The notes beneath the pieces are model-generated. The model saw only the letters and a program-made list of their open reading frames with translations. It was not told the origin of the DNA and made no database searches. A stretch of DNA of 63,969 bases, filler included, from Octopus bimaculoides (Eukaryota): the NCBI RefSeq assembly GCF_001194135.2. It is 9 parts of 9 records of this genome, joined end to end, with 100 filler letters (N's around TTAATTAATTAA, not from the genome) between each part and the next. Parts side by side here need not be neighbours in the genome. Positions count along the whole stretch, not along the records: positions 55,437 to 63,969 come from NC_068983.1; 8 more parts are not named here. One strand, given 5' to 3'. Below are positions 63,925 through 63,969 of this stretch, piece by piece; positions within the stretch are counted from its first letter, which is position 1, and every line of letters starts with the position of its first letter. Position numbers and translations under genes: made by a program.

Positions 63925-63969
<45 letters not shown>
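62560..63969. repeat. Compound CA/CATA/AAC/GT/TA microsatellite block
   Basis: Directly visible simple and degenerate repeats. Confidence 0.95.

Overview
Eukaryotic, AT-rich, gap-riddled, mostly non-coding animal DNA. The dense microsatellites and the two dominant tRNA-derived SINE families suggest a coleoid cephalopod, probably Octopus (inference; not database-checked). About a sixth of the window is N, and eight 100-nt gaps carry an artificial TTAATTAATTAA spacer. No intact gene is visible, and nearly all ORFs in the supplied track are microsatellite or N artefacts. Supportable content is mainly decayed mobile DNA: Penelope-like (GIY-YIG) elements, with a near-canonical minimal hammerhead ribozyme at 2060-2107 (-) and a second hammerhead core at 56482-56508 (-); a Tx1/L1-type LINE bracketed by (GATA)n; three R4/Dong-like RLE LINE pieces stacked in (TAA)n/(AAG)n tracts with an unclassified ~540-bp element; RTE remnants; a DD37D maT transposase; a Tigger/pogo transposase; a TTAA piggyBac-type MITE; a Helitron-like element; four fold-back elements; about 20 SINE pieces; and a U6 3'-fragment retrocopy. 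A few candidate host exons are listed at low to moderate confidence. The best leads are the ribozymes and the apparent microsatellite-targeting retroelements. All translations and alignments were done by eye.
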